A stretch of DNA of 64,000 nucleotides from a bacterium (GCA_963675755.2 CAXXMD010000003.1:2240001-2304000); one strand, 5' to 3'. Positions 1-9,673 are shown, numbered from the stretch's first letter. Notes: generated from the letters alone by a model not told the origin. A program made the numbers and translations.

Positions 1-298
1 TACCGAGGCCAATGTCAGTTACATCAGCAGTCAATATCCTGATTCCCCATATCTCGAACGGTTCGATACGGTGGCCAGAGTATTAACTGGCAATGTAAAC
101 GCTACTGCACAAGATGCTGTAGTATGGGTGCAGCAGGTATGTGATGAATTGAACGTGGCACATTTGTCTGATTTTGGTATGACAGAACAGGATATTCCCC
201 TTGTTGTTGATAAAGCTAGCAAAGCCAGTAGTATGAAGGGAAATCCTGTTGTGCTGCCGGATGAAATTTTGACGGATATTCTAAAACAAGCGTTATAG
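1..298 (+). CDS. Iron-containing alcohol dehydrogenase, C-terminal part (5' end outside window)
   Basis: Frame is open from base 2 (TEANVSY...) to TAG at 298. The C-terminal [18 protein letters not shown]...SSMKGNP matches the Fe-ADH family tail. Confidence 0.75.
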   Translation, partial: TEANVSYISSQYPDSPYLERFDTVARVLTGNVNATAQDAVVWVQQVCDELNVAHLSDFGMTEQDIPLVVDKASKASSMKGNPVVLPDEILTDILKQAL

Positions 299-2401
299 TG
301 CTCGAAATGCTTCGAGTTGTTTTCTCAGGGATTCTGTTTCATTAACCGGAAGCTGACATTCGCGATTGCGGCAAACATATACTGTTGCTTTATGGCCGAT
401 CATTTTATAATCTTTTAACCAGGGTAAAAACGAGATCAATTGTTTGTCTTTGGGTGAGGGTGGAATTACAATTGTTACCTTGTTGGGGAGGTAATGCTCT
501 TTAATGATGTTGAGCATATTGCGGGTGTCTTTTGAGTCCGGATCTCCGCAGACAATAATCTCGATTGATGCTGACAGTGCATATTCCGAGGCTGACACAA
601 ACCATCCATGCGCAGAGGGGTGACGGTTCACCTGTGCGGAAAAGGCCATTTCCTGCTGATCTGCAATTTCTTCCAGTTTTGTATCTCCAGTGAGTTTTGC
701 CAATGTTAGCAGATTCATAAACATAACCGAATTACCAGAGGGGGTAGCTCCGTCATACACATCTCTGCCGGATAATAACAATTTTTCATTATCGCTTGCT
801 GAATTGTTGAATCCATGTTGTTGATCATCCCAAAACAAGTCAAGAGTGTTGGTAAACAGTTTTTTTGCTTTTATGAGATAGTCCGTATTGAATGTGGCTG
901 AATAGAGTTCTATCAAACCCCATATAAAAAAGGCATAGTCATCCAAAAAAGCAGGGATTGCCGCATCACCCAGACGATAGCGATGTAGTAGCCTGCCATT
1001 CGGTTGTTCCAGATTATTAAAAATAAAATCTGTGGCTTTTTCAGCGGCTTGAATATAGTCATGGTTGCCGAATATGTTGCCGGCTTTGGCGAGAGCCGCA
1101 ATCATCATCCCGTTCCAGTCTGTTAATATTTTGTCATCTTTGAGCGGGTGAACGCGATTTTTGCGAATAGTGTACAAGGTTTCCCGGATGATATTTAACC
1201 GTTCATTCAATTCCTTTTCAGACAAGCCCAGCTCTTGTGCTGTTTTAGAAACACTTTTTTCCTGATAGAGGATATTGTTCCCGACAAGTTCGCGTGTAGC
1301 TTCATCGTGATAATTGCCTTTTTGATCAATATTGAATAATTTAACGGCAATGTTTAAATCTTTGGGCGTCAGGTTTTGCAGCAGCTCTTTAAAACTCCAG
1401 ACGTAAAATTTACCTTCAACGCCTTCACTATCCGCATCTTCAGCAGAGTAAAATCCACCTTCCGGTGCGGTCATGTCGCGTAAAACATATTCACAAACCT
1501 GTTCAGCTTTGGTTTTAAATTCTATATTACGGGTTGCCTGATAAGTCTCGCTATATGCCATAATCAGCATGGCCTGGTCGTACAACATTTTTTCAAAGTG
1601 GGGCACACGCCAGTTTCGGTCAGTTGAATAACGATGAAAACCGTATCCAATATGGTCATAAATACCACCCCGTCCCATTTCTGTCAATGTTTTGGTTACC
1701 ATGTTTAATGCACCCGGATTTTCATGATAGTAACCATATCGCAAAAGAAACAGCAGATTGTGGGGAGATGGAAATTTGGGTGCATTGCCAAAACCTCCGC
1801 GTTCCCGGTCAAACCGTTCAGAAAATGCCTGGAATGCTGTTTGATGGTTACCCGGAAACGGTAATACAAAATCTTTTTTAGTGTTTTCCAGTTTGTTCAG
1901 TTCTGCAGTAATGTTTTTGGCGGATTGCAATACCGATTCATTTTTATCTTTCCACAACAGGGCAACTTCGGGAAGCAAGTCCAGCATACCTTTTCGTCCG
2001 AAACGGGATGTTTTGGGAATATAAGTGGCTGCAAAAAAGGGCTTTTTATCTGGCGTCAGGAGAATAGATAACGGCCAGCCACCGCTGCCGGTTATCATTT
2101 GGCAGACCGTCATGTAAACATCATCCACATCCGGACGTTCTTCCCGATCGACTTTGATTGGAATGAAATAAGTGTTTAAAAGATCTGCAACTTTGCTGTC
2201 TTGAAAGGATTCATGCTCCATGACATGGCACCAATGGCAGGTAGAATACCCTATTGAGAGAAAGACCGGTTTGTTTTCCTGCTTGGCTTTAGTAAAAGCA
2301 GCCTCTCCCCAGGGAAGCCAATTCACCGGATTATGAGCGTGTTGTAACAGGTATGGGCTTTTTTCGTGAATCAGTGCATTAGTGAATTGATGTTCTGACA
2401 T
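293..2401 (-). CDS. yyaL: Thioredoxin-domain DUF255/YyaL (SPATA20-like) protein
   Basis: N-terminal [66 protein letters not shown]. Confidence 0.95.
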   Translation of the reverse strand: MSEHQFTNALIHEKSPYLLQHAHNPVNWLPWGEAAFTKAKQENKPVFLSIGYSTCHWCHVMEHESFQDSKVADLLNTYFIPIKVDREERPDVDDVYMTVCQMITGSGGWPLSILLTPDKKPFFAATYIPKTSRFGRKGMLDLLPEVALLWKDKNESVLQSAKNITAELNKLENTKKDFVLPFPGNHQTAFQAFSERFDRERGGFGNAPKFPSPHNLLFLLRYGYYHENPGALNMVTKTLTEMGRGGIYDHIGYGFHRYSTDRNWRVPHFEKMLYDQAMLIMAYSETYQATRNIEFKTKAEQVCEYVLRDMTAPEGGFYSAEDADSEGVEGKFYVWSFKELLQNLTPKDLNIAVKLFNIDQKGNYHDEATRELVGNNILYQEKSVSKTAQELGLSEKELNERLNIIRETLYTIRKNRVHPLKDDKILTDWNGMMIAALAKAGNIFGNHDYIQAAEKATDFIFNNLEQPNGRLLHRYRLGDAAIPAFLDDYAFFIWGLIELYSATFNTDYLIKAKKLFTNTLDLFWDDQQHGFNNSASDNEKLLLSGRDVYDGATPSGNSVMFMNLLTLAKLTGDTKLEEIADQQEMAFSAQVNRHPSAHGWFVSASEYALSASIEIIVCGDPDSKDTRNMLNIIKEHYLPNKVTIVIPPSPKDKQLISFLPWLKDYKMIGHKATVYVCRNRECQLPVNETESLRKQLEAFRAL

Positions 2402-2525
2402 AGAGATGTTCCTTTTTCATGGTACAACAGCAATTCAGGGGCAATACATTCCAATTGTATTTTAAGAATTCAAAGTTTTGCCTGATATTTGCTACGATAC
2501 ATGTGGTTAAACAAGTCTGTGGAAT

Positions 2526-4478
2526 ATGTCTAAATTTATTGTAATATTAAAAAAAATACTCGGATTAATCAAAGCATTATTGATTAAAATCAAAGAAGCC
2601 GATACGATTTATACCACTTTTTTTGTGGGATTTATGTCAATTGCTTTTATCTATTTTTACTTTATAGTGAAAACGCCATTGATATTTCAGGCACAAAAAC
2701 CGGTTTTCTTTTTTAATAGCGGTTTGTTTGTGGTATACGCGGCATACCCGGGTGGCCTGGTTGAGTATTTTGCTCTGTTATTGAATCAGTTTTATTATTT
2801 CCCCGTTGCAGGTGCAGTATTACTGGCATTTATTTCCTGGGCTGTTGTATTGTTTAATTATTTGTTTTTGAAATTCCTTACCCCCCAAAAGCCTGAATTT
2901 ATTCTCAAAATAATTCCAGGTTTTCTCATGCTTGCATTTTTAGGCAGATATCATTTTCCGCTTTCTTTGGTTTTGGGACTGCTTTTATCTTTGGCAGCGT
3001 TTTATTTCGGATTAAAAGGTCTGGTTCAGAAAAGCAGACTTCAATATGTTACCAGTATTCTAATGGGAATTTTGCTTTACTATCTTGCCGGTGGTTTTTT
3101 GCTGTTATATATCATTGGTATCATTTTATTCCATGCTTTGATCAGTAAAGAGTTGCGTGGGCGGATAATTGTGCCCATTGCACTCTTGATAATTCCTGTA
3201 TTAACGGCAATTTTTATTCTGGATTTTGATTTTAACACTGCTTTTTTAAAAAATGTGTTTGTTCATGATCCTGTTAAAAAGGGTATAACGCCTATTGTTT
3301 TGTATGTGTATTACCTGTTATTGGTTGTCTATATTGGTATTTTTAAGCGCTATGAAAAAGATGAAACTGAAAAAATTATAAATATTCCTATTCAATGGCT
3401 GTCAATTACAGTGAATGCTTTATTGGTTGTTGGGGTTATGGTTTATCTGGTATTTGCAATGCCCGGATCTGAAAAAAAAGATTTGTCCTTTGAATACTAT
3501 ACCGAGCATGGAATGTGGAAGGAACTGTTAGATCTTCAGTATGAAATGCGCTATACTAGTTTAATCCATGTGTTTGCTACCAATCGGGCTTTATATCATA
3601 CTGGCGAATTGCTGCATGACATGCTTGCGTATCCGCAGGTACGCGGTAATGCCGGACTGTTTATGGTGGGGGCTTCATCTGAAATTGATATTTTAAACAA
3701 AAGCGATTATTATTTTGAGCTGGGCATGCTGGACGAAGCATTAGACCTTTGTAAAAAAGCACTTGTAAGAAATGGCGACACACCCTGGATATTGAAAAGA
3801 ATAGCGCTTATTAATATTGCATTGAATGATTCCGTGCAAACAGTAAAAGTATTAAATAGTTGTAAAAAAAGTATTATCCTGAATGGTTGGGCCAGACGTT
3901 ATGCTCATATTGCCGCAAGTGATTCATTGCGGAAAATTGATCCTGTATTGAGAGGTGTTCATTATGTGCCTATGAGCCCGGAATTGCCAGAGTTTGATTT
4001 GGATCCCCAGACGAACCTTGAATTTATACTGGCTCAGGATTCAGATCAAAAGATGGCGTTGGAATATTTGTTGGCGCATTATCTAAGTTCGTGGAATTTT
4101 GAAAAGTTTTTGGAATATTTGCCGTTTTTAAAAACAAGGGTAAGATTCAGATACCCCCGGCACATCCAGGAAGCATTAATTCTGATCAACGAACAGAAAC
4201 CTTTTACAGCCGAACAGTATGAGAAATTTCAAATCAATATGCGAATGGACGCGCGTTATGCTACATTCAGAAAGCGAATTGCCATATTTGGAGTTAAGCA
4301 TTTAGATGCCGCACAAATGCTCAAGAACTCTTTTGGAGATACGTATTGGTATTATGCACTGTATCCGCCAATTCAGGTTGTAGAGTATGATAAACTCAAG
4401 CCTCAAGTAAACAAGGCCATTCGGGATAAGGAAAAGTTGTTGAAAACTCTGGTAAAAGAGTACGAATCAAGCAGATAA
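2526..4478 (+). CDS. Polytopic membrane protein, DUF6057-like
   Basis: Multiple hydrophobic helices in the N-terminal half; PGGLVEY...QFYYFP, NRALYHTGEL, MALEYLLAHYL, PRHIQEAL and GDTYWYY motifs resemble DUF6057. Confidence 0.7.
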   Translation: MSKFIVILKKILGLIKALLIKIKEADTIYTTFFVGFMSIAFIYFYFIVKTPLIFQAQKPVFFFNSGLFVVYAAYPGGLVEYFALLLNQFYYFPVAGAVLLAFISWAVVLFNYLFLKFLTPQKPEFILKIIPGFLMLAFLGRYHFPLSLVLGLLLSLAAFYFGLKGLVQKSRLQYVTSILMGILLYYLAGGFLLLYIIGIILFHALISKELRGRIIVPIALLIIPVLTAIFILDFDFNTAFLKNVFVHDPVKKGITPIVLYVYYLLLVVYIGIFKRYEKDETEKIINIPIQWLSITVNALLVVGVMVYLVFAMPGSEKKDLSFEYYTEHGMWKELLDLQYEMRYTSLIHVFATNRALYHTGELLHDMLAYPQVRGNAGLFMVGASSEIDILNKSDYYFELGMLDEALDLCKKALVRNGDTPWILKRIALINIALNDSVQTVKVLNSCKKSIILNGWARRYAHIAASDSLRKIDPVLRGVHYVPMSPELPEFDLDPQTNLEFILAQDSDQKMALEYLLAHYLSSWNFEKFLEYLPFLKTRVRFRYPRHIQEALILINEQKPFTAEQYEKFQINMRMDARYATFRKRIAIFGVKHLDAAQMLKNSFGDTYWYYALYPPIQVVEYDKLKPQVNKAIRDKEKLLKTLVKEYESSR

Positions 4479-4497
4479 AAATTTTATTATTATAAAG

Positions 4498-5235
4498 TCA
4501 GGGGCGTTTTGCAATTAATACCAGGTTGGTAGATGTTGTAGGATCAAACGCTGAAAACTCTAAATTGCCGAATATTTCAATATTTGTAAATCCGGTTTGA
4601 TCCAGGTTTTTTATCAGTGTATTGTGGGTAAAAGGTTGCAATTGTGTACTGTTTAATGTGTGTGTTAAATTGTTTCCTGTTTTTTCGATCAAAAGAATGT
4701 TGAATTGCAGATGTGATTCCATAAAATCATAAAAACGGATAAAGGTCTTGTTATCTGTTTCATGTACTGCGATGATGCGTTCCTGCTTTTCCAATATTTT
4801 GCTATAATTCAGAATTTGTAAAACAAGCCAGCCCCCGGAACGGATAGAATCTTTCGCCCTTTTTAATACGTTTTTTAATGCTGATTCATTTTGTAGATGG
4901 GGGATAGAATTTCCCAGGCATAATAATGCGTCTGCTGGTTGAGAAACATTTAATTCTTCCATGGATTGAGAGATAAAATCAGCATGTATGCCGTATTGGG
5001 AAGCATTTTTACGTGCCAGTTCCAGCATTTCACTGGAAATATCAATGCCTGTTGTTGTAACACCAAGCTTATTCAGAACGATTGTATGTAATCCTGAACC
5101 GCAGGCAAGATCAATTGCTGTTTTAATGGGGTAACGTTGTAAAAAAGAGGCGAATAGGAATTTTTCTTTGTTAATGCGAGAATCAAACCGGGTCATTTGA
5201 TCGTAAAATCCGGCTATATCATTATAAAATTCCAT
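4498..5235 (-). CDS. Class I SAM-dependent methyltransferase
   Basis: Motif I IDLACGSG, GIDIS, CLGNSIPHL. Confidence 0.9.
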   Translation of the reverse strand: MEFYNDIAGFYDQMTRFDSRINKEKFLFASFLQRYPIKTAIDLACGSGLHTIVLNKLGVTTTGIDISSEMLELARKNASQYGIHADFISQSMEELNVSQPADALLCLGNSIPHLQNESALKNVLKRAKDSIRSGGWLVLQILNYSKILEKQERIIAVHETDNKTFIRFYDFMESHLQFNILLIEKTGNNLTHTLNSTQLQPFTHNTLIKNLDQTGFTNIEIFGNLEFSAFDPTTSTNLVLIAKRP

Positions 5236-5254
5236 CAGATTCTTTATGTTATAT

Positions 5255-5302
5255 AAAAAAAGACCGGACCTGCCAGGCTAGGCCTGGTATGGATCCGGTC
5301 TT
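5255..5302 (-). terminator. Intrinsic terminator after the superoxide reductase gene
   Basis: AAGACCGGA (5260-68)/TCCGGTCTT (5294-302) stem with a nested CCAGGC/GCCTGG stem; the A-run at 5255-61 reads as a U-tail on the minus strand. Confidence 0.7.
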
Positions 5303-5324
5303 GATCGTCTACAATTTTAAGGGA

Positions 5325-5714
5325 TTACACATTAACTTCAAGTTCGCTTTCCCACAAGCCATGAATGTTGCAGTAGGATGAAGCCAGAACCTTGCCCGAT
5401 TTTTCCGTTTTAAATTTAACGGTTACATCGGGATCTGTAAAAATTGTGCTGGTGTTTGGGCCTTGTGCTGATGCGCCATGGGCATCAAAATCAAATTTAC
5501 CCAGCTCAACGGCAAATTTTTCGCCTTCAGGTAAAAAGAATAACTGAATCCAGGAAATATGATGTTCGGTCGTGTTGGGATGAGCAATTTCTTTGCCAAC
5601 GCTTGCATTCACGGTGATGGTTTCACCTTTGGCAATGCTGCCAACAATTTCTACAACGGGACTGTGTTTTTCTGTTTTCCAGTCAGCAGACTGAAATACT
5701 TTATCAAACCCCAT
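5325..5714 (-). CDS. 1Fe superoxide reductase (neelaredoxin, class II SORL)
   Basis: EKH, HPNTTEHHISWI and YCNIHGLWE iron-site motifs; no N-terminal desulforedoxin domain. Confidence 0.92.
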   Translation of the reverse strand: MGFDKVFQSADWKTEKHSPVVEIVGSIAKGETITVNASVGKEIAHPNTTEHHISWIQLFFLPEGEKFAVELGKFDFDAHGASAQGPNTSTIFTDPDVTVKFKTEKSGKVLASSYCNIHGLWESELEVNV

Positions 5715-5771
5715 TTTGAACTCCTTTTGTTAAATGCCAGTTTGGTTGATATTACAAAAATATGTAAAAAA

Positions 5772-6383
5772 TTAATTTCTGCTGGAATCGCTGCGGATGT
5801 ACCCTTCGCGTTTTGCGTATTTATCAAGAATTTTCTGCAGCATACGTCTTCCGCGGAACAATCTTGACATAACTGTACCGTTTGGCCGATCTATAATCTC
5901 TGCAATTTCTTTATAAGAAAAGCCTTCAATATCTGCCAACAGTACAACAATTCTAAATTCTTCAGATAATTGTGATAAAGCGCTTTTTATATCATCATCA
6001 AAGAGCTCTTCATAGCGCTCTTCGTCAAATCCGGACCATTCGATCTGTTCTACTTTTTCTTCTTTTTCATCTTCATTTTCCAGGCCAAATGCAACTTTGT
6101 CAAGCTGAACCTGTTGAGGGGTTCTTACCTTTTTACGGTATTTATTTATAAAGGTATTGGTCATAATTTTAAAGATCCAGGCTTTAAAGTTGGTACCTTC
6201 CTGGAATTTATCAAAAAAACGGAACGCCCGTAAATATGTGTCTTGTACCAGGTCTTCAGCTTCTTCTGTATTACGTGTCAGTCGCAGTGCCGTGCTGTAC
6301 AAAGAATCCATAAAATCGAAAGCTATTTCTTCGAATTTCTCTTTTTTCTCTGGAGTAATTACTATATCTTTATTTTCTGGCAC
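5772..6383 (-). CDS. ECF sigma-70 factor, SigH/SigR-like
   Basis: LYSTALRLTRN.EEAEDLVQDTYLRA, FQEGTNFKAW, TNTFINKYRK, GFSYKEIAEI, GTVMSRLFRGR; GTG start. Confidence 0.92.
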   Translation of the reverse strand: MPENKDIVITPEKKEKFEEIAFDFMDSLYSTALRLTRNTEEAEDLVQDTYLRAFRFFDKFQEGTNFKAWIFKIMTNTFINKYRKKVRTPQQVQLDKVAFGLENEDEKEEKVEQIEWSGFDEERYEELFDDDIKSALSQLSEEFRIVVLLADIEGFSYKEIAEIIDRPNGTVMSRLFRGRRMLQKILDKYAKREGYIRSDSSRN

Positions 6384-6608
6384 GTCAATCTCAAGTTGTT
6401 AGTTTTACTAGTTTATTAATGTATAAAGGATATACCTTACAATCAAGTATTTTATGTTTGTACTTTTAAAATTTCAAGAGGTTTCAGCAAATTACATATT
6501 TAATAATTTTTTACATTTCATTTTTCGTGGTTGCATTTGACAGATAAAATTTTAATATTTATGTGTGTGAATCTGTACCAAAACGTTTAGTCATGAAAGG
6601 GTAATACT

Positions 6609-7589
6609 ATGCCAGCATTGTCTACACAATACATGAACCTATCGCTGAAAAATCCGATTCTGGTATCCAGTAGTGGACTAACAAAGTCGGTTGATAAAAT
6701 TAAAAACGCTGAATCTGCAGGTGCAGGTGCGGTTGTGTTAAAGAGTATGTTTGAAGAGGTACTGGCACAACAGGACCTTGGCTTAAGCGATTCCGCAACC
6801 ATGCATACGGAAGCCATGGATTATTTGAGAGCCGAACTGAATATGCAATATGGACCACGCGACTATTGTGACCTGATTGATCAGGCAAAAAGTACCGTAT
6901 CTATACCGGTTATTGCCAGTATCAACTGTGTGTCAGATAAATGGTGGCCCAACTTTGCAATGCAAATTCAGGAAGCCGGTGCAGATGCCCTTGAGCTGAA
7001 TGTCTTTAAAAGCGCTGTTGATCCTAAGGAGAGCAGCCAGGACATTGAAGAGATGTATTATAATATTGTTAAAATTGTCAAAGAAAAAATAAATATTCCG
7101 GTAGCATTAAAGATAGGCCCCAATTTTTCTGCATTACCCAATTTGGTTTCCAGGTTGGATGCTTTGGGTGCAGATGCGGTTGTATTGTTTAATCGTTTTA
7201 CTGAACCGGATATTGATATTGACAAACTGGAGTTAAAAACTACTTTTGATTTCAGCAGTCAGTATGAAATTCATCGAACACTCAGATGGACAGCGTTGGT
7301 ATCCGGAAATGTGGGATGTGATATTTCTGCGACAGGTGGTGTTAAAACTGCCAAAGATGTTATCAAGTTGCTGCTTGCGGGCGCATCTACGGTTCAACTT
7401 GCGTCTGTGTTGTATGAAAATGGCGTAAATGAGATTGATAAAATGCTCAAAGAAGTACAAGCATGGATGTTGGATAAAGGATTTGAATCCATTAGTGATT
7501 TTAAAGGTAAGCTAAGCTTTGCAAAAACGGAATCTCCTGAACAGTACTTGCGAGCCCAGTTCATGGAAAAAATCAGAGGTGTTGAATAA
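6609..7589 (+). CDS. Dihydroorotate dehydrogenase-like flavoprotein
   Basis: LKNPILVSSS, GAGAVVLKSMFEE, PVIASINC, ALELN, VVLFNRF, ATGGV, LLAGASTVQ. Confidence 0.88.
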   Translation: MPALSTQYMNLSLKNPILVSSSGLTKSVDKIKNAESAGAGAVVLKSMFEEVLAQQDLGLSDSATMHTEAMDYLRAELNMQYGPRDYCDLIDQAKSTVSIPVIASINCVSDKWWPNFAMQIQEAGADALELNVFKSAVDPKESSQDIEEMYYNIVKIVKEKINIPVALKIGPNFSALPNLVSRLDALGADAVVLFNRFTEPDIDIDKLELKTTFDFSSQYEIHRTLRWTALVSGNVGCDISATGGVKTAKDVIKLLLAGASTVQLASVLYENGVNEIDKMLKEVQAWMLDKGFESISDFKGKLSFAKTESPEQYLRAQFMEKIRGVE

Positions 7590-7612
7590 GAACACTGTTC
7601 AAAGATAATTTT

Positions 7613-7655
7613 AAGCCCGACCGTACGCCATCTGGCGGATGGCCGGGCTTTTTTT
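7613..7655 (+). terminator. Intrinsic terminator
   Basis: AAGCCCG/CGGGCTT stem with a nested CGCCA/TGGCG hairpin, followed by a T-run; lies between convergent genes. Confidence 0.75.
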
Positions 7656-8364
7656 ATTTTACAAAATTAATAGCCTGAATAACCAGTTTTCTAAAGTTTG
7701 TGTCTTCATAGGAGTGATGATCATGCCCCGGTTGCAGGTAAACGATTTTTGAATTACCTACTTTGTGAGTCCATGCAATCGTTTCGCTGCTTTCCGGATG
7801 ATTGGTTGTTAACAGGGGTGTTACATCCGCATTAACTCTGAAATTACCATACACTTCATCAAATAGTGTGAAATCGCTCATCCCTTTTGTAACCGGATGA
7901 GCCGGGTCAACCACATGTACAGGTACCTCTACATCGTGTTTGTATGTTGAAAGATCTTTAACAGAATCCGTATTTTTTACATATTTACCACCCATTATAT
8001 TTTCAAATTCGGCCCAGTTTTGAAAATTGGCCAGCGAGTGGTGCATAAAGACAATACCTTTACCCCGGTCAAGCATAGCTAACCATGCTTTTTTCTGATC
8101 GGAAGTAATCTCGTCAAACATGTCATAGAACACCAATGCATCGTACGCGTCCAGCGAATCGGCTGCAATGAGTTCATTGCCGCGTGGCTGCACAACATGC
8201 TTCCAGGTTAAATCCAACTCGTCAAACATTTTGAAAAAAGGTTCCTTTTCAAATCCGTGTCCACCGGTAACAATTAAAATATTGGGTGGCCCCGCGGGTG
8301 TTTCGCAAGACATGGCAAAGATTATTGATGCAAATAAAACAACTAGAAACAATCTGGTTCTCAT
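7654..8364 (-). CDS. ThuA-like domain lipoprotein
   Basis: Lipobox-like FAMSC; ILIVTGGHGF, GIVFMHH, HPVTKGM, DEVY, YLQPGHD. Confidence 0.85.
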   Translation of the reverse strand: MRTRLFLVVLFASIIFAMSCETPAGPPNILIVTGGHGFEKEPFFKMFDELDLTWKHVVQPRGNELIAADSLDAYDALVFYDMFDEITSDQKKAWLAMLDRGKGIVFMHHSLANFQNWAEFENIMGGKYVKNTDSVKDLSTYKHDVEVPVHVVDPAHPVTKGMSDFTLFDEVYGNFRVNADVTPLLTTNHPESSETIAWTHKVGNSKIVYLQPGHDHHSYEDTNFRKLVIQAINFVK

Positions 8365-8374
8365 AAGTATCCTT

Positions 8375-9196
8375 TCAATTTATATTTCCAGTAAACATGA
8401 CATATGTGAAAAATGCATTATAGTCCGGTTTGTTTAATATACAGTCGGGCGACTGGTCTCTGGTGAGTTTGATAAATGTGTTCCAGGCATCTCTTGATAT
8501 ATGTTTTTGAGAATTTCCCCAACGCATATCAAACAAATCCAGCATAGCTGTACGCATTTCTGGTGACAAGGGAGCTGTAATTTGTTGCGTGTATGTATAC
8601 ATTTGAATTGATGTGAATCCGGCTTTTTTCAAGCTGGCCTGGGTGTTCATAAAGTGAGATTCTGGGGGCATGTTGTCTGTAAACGGTGCAATGCCATCCG
8701 GTGTGGCATTCAATTGTGCTTCTAACTGGGGGTAGCCGGGTAACAGGGTTTGAGATGCCCAGAACAATAAGGCGATTTGGGCATGGGGTTTACATATTCT
8801 GGCAATATTTTTATATAACGCTACAGGATCTTTTTCAGAATAGCCCAGGCAGTCCATACTGAATATGCAATCAAAAGAATGTTCTGAAAATTGGAGGTTA
8901 TAGATATCACCCTGTTGAAATGTAATACGGTCCATGTCTTTGGGTACGACATGTTGTTGCGCGTATTGCAGGAATACATCATTGATATCCATTGCCGTTA
9001 CTTTGCCATCTGGAATCGCGTTGGCAAGTGCAACAGCCTGATGCCCAATGCCGCAACCGGCATCCAGAATATGGCTGTCTGATTCAAGATGTAGATCTGT
9101 AATGGCTTTATGTGTTATGTCTTTTTTTAACGGAACACTCGTTTCCAGCAAACGGATGTATTCCTGGTTTTTTAGAATGGAATTTTTATTGTTCAT
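8375..9196 (-). CDS. Class I SAM-dependent methyltransferase
   Basis: ILDAGCGIG, AMDIN, QGDIYNLQFSEHSFDCIFS. Confidence 0.9.
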   Translation of the reverse strand: MNNKNSILKNQEYIRLLETSVPLKKDITHKAITDLHLESDSHILDAGCGIGHQAVALANAIPDGKVTAMDINDVFLQYAQQHVVPKDMDRITFQQGDIYNLQFSEHSFDCIFSMDCLGYSEKDPVALYKNIARICKPHAQIALLFWASQTLLPGYPQLEAQLNATPDGIAPFTDNMPPESHFMNTQASLKKAGFTSIQMYTYTQQITAPLSPEMRTAMLDLFDMRWGNSQKHISRDAWNTFIKLTRDQSPDCILNKPDYNAFFTYVMFTGNIN

Positions 9197-9202
9197 AATT
9201 TT

Positions 9203-9231
9203 AATATATATCAGACGGATTTAAAAGTCAA
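9203..9231 (-). promoter_or_regulatory. Sigma70-type promoter, probably producing a leaderless mRNA
   Basis: TTGACT-N17-TATATT, with the ATG (9196) only 6 nt downstream of the -10 box. Confidence 0.55.
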
Positions 9232-9263
9232 TAAACAAGAATTGTATAAATGAGAGGGGTTGT

Positions 9264-9304
9264 AAAAATAATGGCCGCAGTAAAAAAAGACTACTGCGGC
9301 CATT
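9264..9304 (-). terminator. Intrinsic terminator (13-bp perfect stem)
   Basis: AATGGCCGCAGTA (9270-82)/TACTGCGGCCATT (9292-304), followed by ATTTTT on the minus strand. Confidence 0.75.
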
Positions 9305-9436
9305 GAGGAGAGATTAGTTTTGTGATAACGGTTTTTCGTGTTCCATAACAGAATGGCGATTATCACATGATCATCAGGTTGTTGTCTAACCTCCCTATAT
9401 TGTAAACTGTTGTGTGCTATTTCCTTTGTAACTCTA
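9264..9436 (-). ncRNA. Candidate structured small RNA with sigma54-type promoter and intrinsic terminator
   Basis: Upstream CGGCACAGTCTTTGTA; helix 9386-95/9308-17 pairs fully only on the minus strand (G-U pairs); inner helix 9360-67/9321-28; perfect 13-bp hairpin 9270-9304 plus U-tail; no credible ORF. Confidence 0.55.
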
Positions 9437-9446
9437 CTTGTGTTAA

Positions 9447-9462
9447 TACAAAGACTGTGCCG
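9447..9462 (-). promoter_or_regulatory. Sigma54-type -24/-12 element
   Basis: CGGCACAGTCTTTGTA against consensus TGGCACGNNNNTTGCW; GG-N10-GT spacing. Confidence 0.6.
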
Positions 9463-9618
9463 TAATTTTTAAAACAATTTCATGCGCCTTAAGTATAATA
9501 ATAATAGATGTTTATTTGATTTCTGTGTTTTGTGCCTCCATAAAATGTGGCGCATTGGGGCATCAAATGGATTTTGAGATGTGGCGCGAGTGTCCCATTT
9601 ATGTGTGGATTAACCTGC

Positions 9619-9647
9619 TTGACAAAAAGCCCGAATCTTGTTATATT
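9619..9647 (+). promoter_or_regulatory. Sigma70-type promoter of the sbcD-like gene
   Basis: TTGACA-N17-TATATT with an extended TG. Confidence 0.7.
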
Positions 9648-9673
9648 CTATCATTGATTATTTTGGACATTTC

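Noticed and set aside
2478-2493. Sigma54-like TTGCCTGATATTTGCT before the DUF6057-like gene
   Set aside because: It lacks the invariant GG at -24.
6461-6486. TGAAAC-N17-GTAC as an autoregulatory promoter of the SigH-like ECF
   Set aside because: Plausible, but it differs from the GGAA-N18-GTT pattern and lies in very AT-rich DNA; not enough support.
9305-9400. Small peptide behind the GGGAGG in the candidate sRNA
   Set aside because: The nearest ATG is 15 nt away and gives only M-I-M-stop; the 10-codon MEHEKPLSQN ORF lacks an SD.
9264-9436. 6S RNA, tmRNA, SRP or a riboswitch for the downstream methyltransferase
   Set aside because: No end-to-end rod, tRNA-like ends or SAM-box motifs were seen, and the methyltransferase has its own promoter after the terminator.
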